Shown here one piece after another: positions 35,333-37,750 of a stretch of 37,750 bases of DNA. The notes under the pieces were generated by a model. That model made no database searches. It was not told the origin of the DNA and worked only from the letters and a program-made list of their open reading frames with translations. The position numbers and the translations under genes are program-made. Numbering within the stretch: the first letter of the stretch is position 1; each line of letters starts with the position of its first letter. Source of the DNA: Patescibacteria group bacterium (GTDB lineage Bacteria > Patescibacteriota > Minisyncoccia > Phycocordibacterales > JACOZG01); the NCBI GenBank assembly GCA_038064935.1, contig JBBTRZ010000010.1:1-37750 (forward strand), read 5' to 3'.

Positions 35333-36346
35333 TTAGCGTTTAGAAAGAATCGTGCGTTTGTAAACCGAGAGGTGTTCGAGGGCAATGCCGGTGCCCTTGG
35401 CGACGCAGAAGAGCGCTTCATCGGCGAGAATGGCTTTGACACCGGTGCGCCGATAAACCAGCTCCGGCAGATTGCGGAGCATCGAAGAACCGCCGGTCAT
35501 AATAATTCCATGATCAATGATGTCCGCCGAAAGTTCGGGCGGCGTGTCTTGGAAAACGGTTTTGATCGCTCGAATAATTTCTTTGAGTTCCCCGTCAATC
35601 GCTCGGACAATCTCATTGGTTTTAATTTCAGCAAACCGCGGCAGGCCGCTCATGAAATCGCGGCCCTTAATGGTGTAGACCAACTCATTTTCGATCGGAA
35701 TGGCCGAGCCGATCTCAATCTTCACTTCCTCGGCCGTCCGATCACCGATCGCCAAACTAAAGGCCTTTTTAATATAATCCGCGATCGCCTGATCAATCTT
35801 ATTGCCGGCATATTTAACCGAGGTCGAAGCGACAATACCCCCGAGCGAGATCACCGCCACATCGGTCGTGCCGCCGCCGATGTCCACAATCATGTGCCCA
35901 CGCGCTTCATGAATTGGGACGCCGGCGCCCAAGGCCGCAAGAATCGGTTCCTTGACCACATAAGCATTTTTGGCCCCGGCCTTAATCGCCGCCTCGATCA
36001 CCGCTCGCCGTTCGGTGGAGGTGACGCCGGCCGGCACCGAGATCATCACCTCCGGCCGGAAGAGGTTCCAACGCCCGAGCGCTTTATTAATATAATATTT
36101 TAGCATCGTCTCGGTCACGCGATAGTCCGCAATCACGCCGTCGCGCATCGGCCGATAGGCAATGATACTGTCGGGCGTCTTGCCAATCATATCTTTGGCT
36201 TCACTCCCCACCGCGAGCACGCGATTGTCAATTTGGGAAATTGCGACGACCGACGGCTCGCTCAAGACAATCCCCCGCCCGGGCATGAAGACCAAGGTGT
36301 TGGCCGTACCGAGGTCAATTCCTAATTTAGTGACGAAGAAGTTCAT
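35333..36346 (-). CDS. mreB: Rod shape-determining protein MreB
   Basis: GIDLGTANT, EPSVVA, RPM.DGVIAD, VDIGGGTT, TGG. Confidence 0.96.
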   Translation of the reverse strand: MNFFVTKLGIDLGTANTLVFMPGRGIVLSEPSVVAISQIDNRVLAVGSEAKDMIGKTPDSIIAYRPMRDGVIADYRVTETMLKYYINKALGRWNLFRPEVMISVPAGVTSTERRAVIEAAIKAGAKNAYVVKEPILAALGAGVPIHEARGHMIVDIGGGTTDVAVISLGGIVASTSVKYAGNKIDQAIADYIKKAFSLAIGDRTAEEVKIEIGSAIPIENELVYTIKGRDFMSGLPRFAEIKTNEIVRAIDGELKEIIRAIKTVFQDTPPELSADIIDHGIIMTGGSSMLRNLPELVYRRTGVKAILADEALFCVAKGTGIALEHLSVYKRTILSKR

Positions 36347-37656
36347 GGCGAATGATGGCGTTTGATATTAAACCCGAGCATCGCGAGCCGCTCATCGATC
36401 TTTTCATAACCACGATCGATGCAGTGGACATTATGAATGATTGTCTCGGCCTTAGCCACGAGGCCGGCGATAAGATAGGCGAGGCCGGCGCGCAGATCAG
36501 GGCTGGTCACTTCCCGGCCGGTAAGGAGCGTGGGACCCCCCACGGTCGCTTGATGCTGATTGTGGATGTGGACTTCTGCTCCCATTCGCGCGAGCGTCTC
36601 GAGATACCCTAATCGCCCCTCAAAGATAGTTTCGAAAATGCGACTCTCGCCCGTCGCTTGAGTCAGGAAGACAGCCATGAGCGCTTGAAGATCGGTGGGG
36701 AAACCCGGGTATTCGTGGGTCGTAAGCGGTAGCGCTCGGTATGATTGGCGCGGCGTGGCGCGAATAATTATTTGCCGCGGCTCAATCTTAATTGTTGCCC
36801 CAGCCGAACGGAGAAACGCAATCACGGCGTCGAGATGGCCCGGTTCGCAGCGAGTGATGGTAAGTTCGCGCATAAGCAGGGCGCCGAGAATTAAGAAACT
36901 CCCGGCCTCGATCCGGTCAGGAATTATTTCATAACTCGGCCGAAGTGATTTGAGTAGAGGACCGCCGTCGATTGTGATGGTCGTGGTGCCAAGTCCCCTA
37001 ATCCTCGCCCCTTCTCGGACCAAGAATTTTCCCAAACTTTCGATCTCGGGTTCGAGCGCGCAATTTTTCAAAACGGTTTGACCCTTGGTGAGAACCGCCG
37101 TGAGCATAAAACACTCCGTCCCGGTAACTGTCTGATTACGGAAAAAAATTTCCGCGCCCCGCAACCCGTCGCGAGGCGCCGTGAGATGATATCGGCCATT
37201 GCGGATGGTGATCGAGGCACCCAACTTAGCGAAGCCGTCGAGGAAGAGATCAATCGGCCTTTCGCCGATCACGCAACCGCCCGGGTGGGGGAAATGCGCT
37301 TCACCCCGTCGGGCAAGCAAGGGGCCGGTGAGAATGATCGAGGCGCGCAATTTCTTAGCGATATCATCGTCGAGAGTGGCGCTATGAAGTTGGCTCGTAT
37401 CGAGAGTTAAGGATTTTTTGCCCAATTTTTTATCCTCGGTAATTGCCACCCCGAGGGCGGTGAGTAAATTTCCCAGTCGAGCAATGTCTTCAATCGCTGG
37501 GACATTGGTGAGTGTCAACGGCGAGCCGAAAAGGAGAGAGGCCGCGAGCGCCTGGAGAGCGTCATTCTTCGAGCCCTTGACAACGATTGTTCCTTTCAAC
37601 TTCCTGGCCCCGTGACAACCTTTAGCGACCAAGATGTCATGATTAGTGTTATTCAC
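36343..37656 (-). CDS. murA: UDP-N-acetylglucosamine 1-carboxyvinyltransferase
   Basis: GSKN, LRAS...GPLL, PGGC.IG.RP, PDRIEAG, YPGFPTDLQ, DLRAG, IDRGYE. Confidence 0.96.
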   Translation of the reverse strand: MNNTNHDILVAKGCHGARKLKGTIVVKGSKNDALQALAASLLFGSPLTLTNVPAIEDIARLGNLLTALGVAITEDKKLGKKSLTLDTSQLHSATLDDDIAKKLRASIILTGPLLARRGEAHFPHPGGCVIGERPIDLFLDGFAKLGASITIRNGRYHLTAPRDGLRGAEIFFRNQTVTGTECFMLTAVLTKGQTVLKNCALEPEIESLGKFLVREGARIRGLGTTTITIDGGPLLKSLRPSYEIIPDRIEAGSFLILGALLMRELTITRCEPGHLDAVIAFLRSAGATIKIEPRQIIIRATPRQSYRALPLTTHEYPGFPTDLQALMAVFLTQATGESRIFETIFEGRLGYLETLARMGAEVHIHNQHQATVGGPTLLTGREVTSPDLRAGLAYLIAGLVAKAETIIHNVHCIDRGYEKIDERLAMLGFNIKRHHSP

Positions 37657-37695
37657 CTACGCATTCTAGTCTCCCCCGCCCCTTTTTACAACCTT

Positions 37696-37748
37696 CCCCT
37701 TTAGCCACTTGAAACTGTTACCAAGCGGTCCACGGTTAGACAATAAAT
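37696..37748. repeat. Right copy of the 53-bp inverted repeat
   Basis: Reverse complement of 1-53. Confidence 0.95.
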
Positions 37749-37750
37749 AG

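Noticed and set aside
35303-36103. Long antisense ORFs (also 14953-15918, 1670-2296, 22972-23427, 8419-8943)
   Set aside because: They are shadows of better-supported genes on the opposite strand, with no recognisable motifs or start signals.
1-37750. Linear phage/plasmid or composite transposon defined by the terminal inverted repeats
   Set aside because: Content is housekeeping chromosome with no phage, replication-initiator or transposase genes.

Overview
This is a chromosomal segment of a small-genome bacterium, most likely Patescibacteria/CPR (Parcubacteria-like). That assignment is inferred from gene content, the pilin/surface-protein cluster, orphan TA modules and near-leaderless gene starts. 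The core genes are ftsX, pyrG, tag, fmt, def, priA, rmuC, a Glu/Leu/Phe/Val dehydrogenase, rplU, recR, dnaB, cysS, corA, an S41 protease, rplI, rpmA, an M23 peptidase, gltX, mreB, murA and tRNA-Glu(CTC). They are interspersed with TA-like modules, a cell-surface cluster (8951-17523) and self-contained orphan cassettes. The most unusual signals are non-coding. (1) A repeated tandem-pseudoknot RNA leader with compensatory base changes sits directly before the SD of two orphan genes. (2) A hammerhead-core-like motif is shared by two orphan cassettes. (3) Two approximately 370-420 nt promoter-to-terminator units are highly structured and lack long ORFs. (4) An antisense RNA candidate lies opposite an orphan PemK toxin. 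(5) Toxin cassettes sit behind a duplicate of the promoter or 5' end of the downstream core gene. (6) Palindromic micro-insertions are read in frame inside conserved proteins. (7) A pilin gene is frameshifted at a G7 tract. (8) A 53-bp perfect inverted repeat spans the two window ends. All structures were derived by eye; no folding or database search was run.
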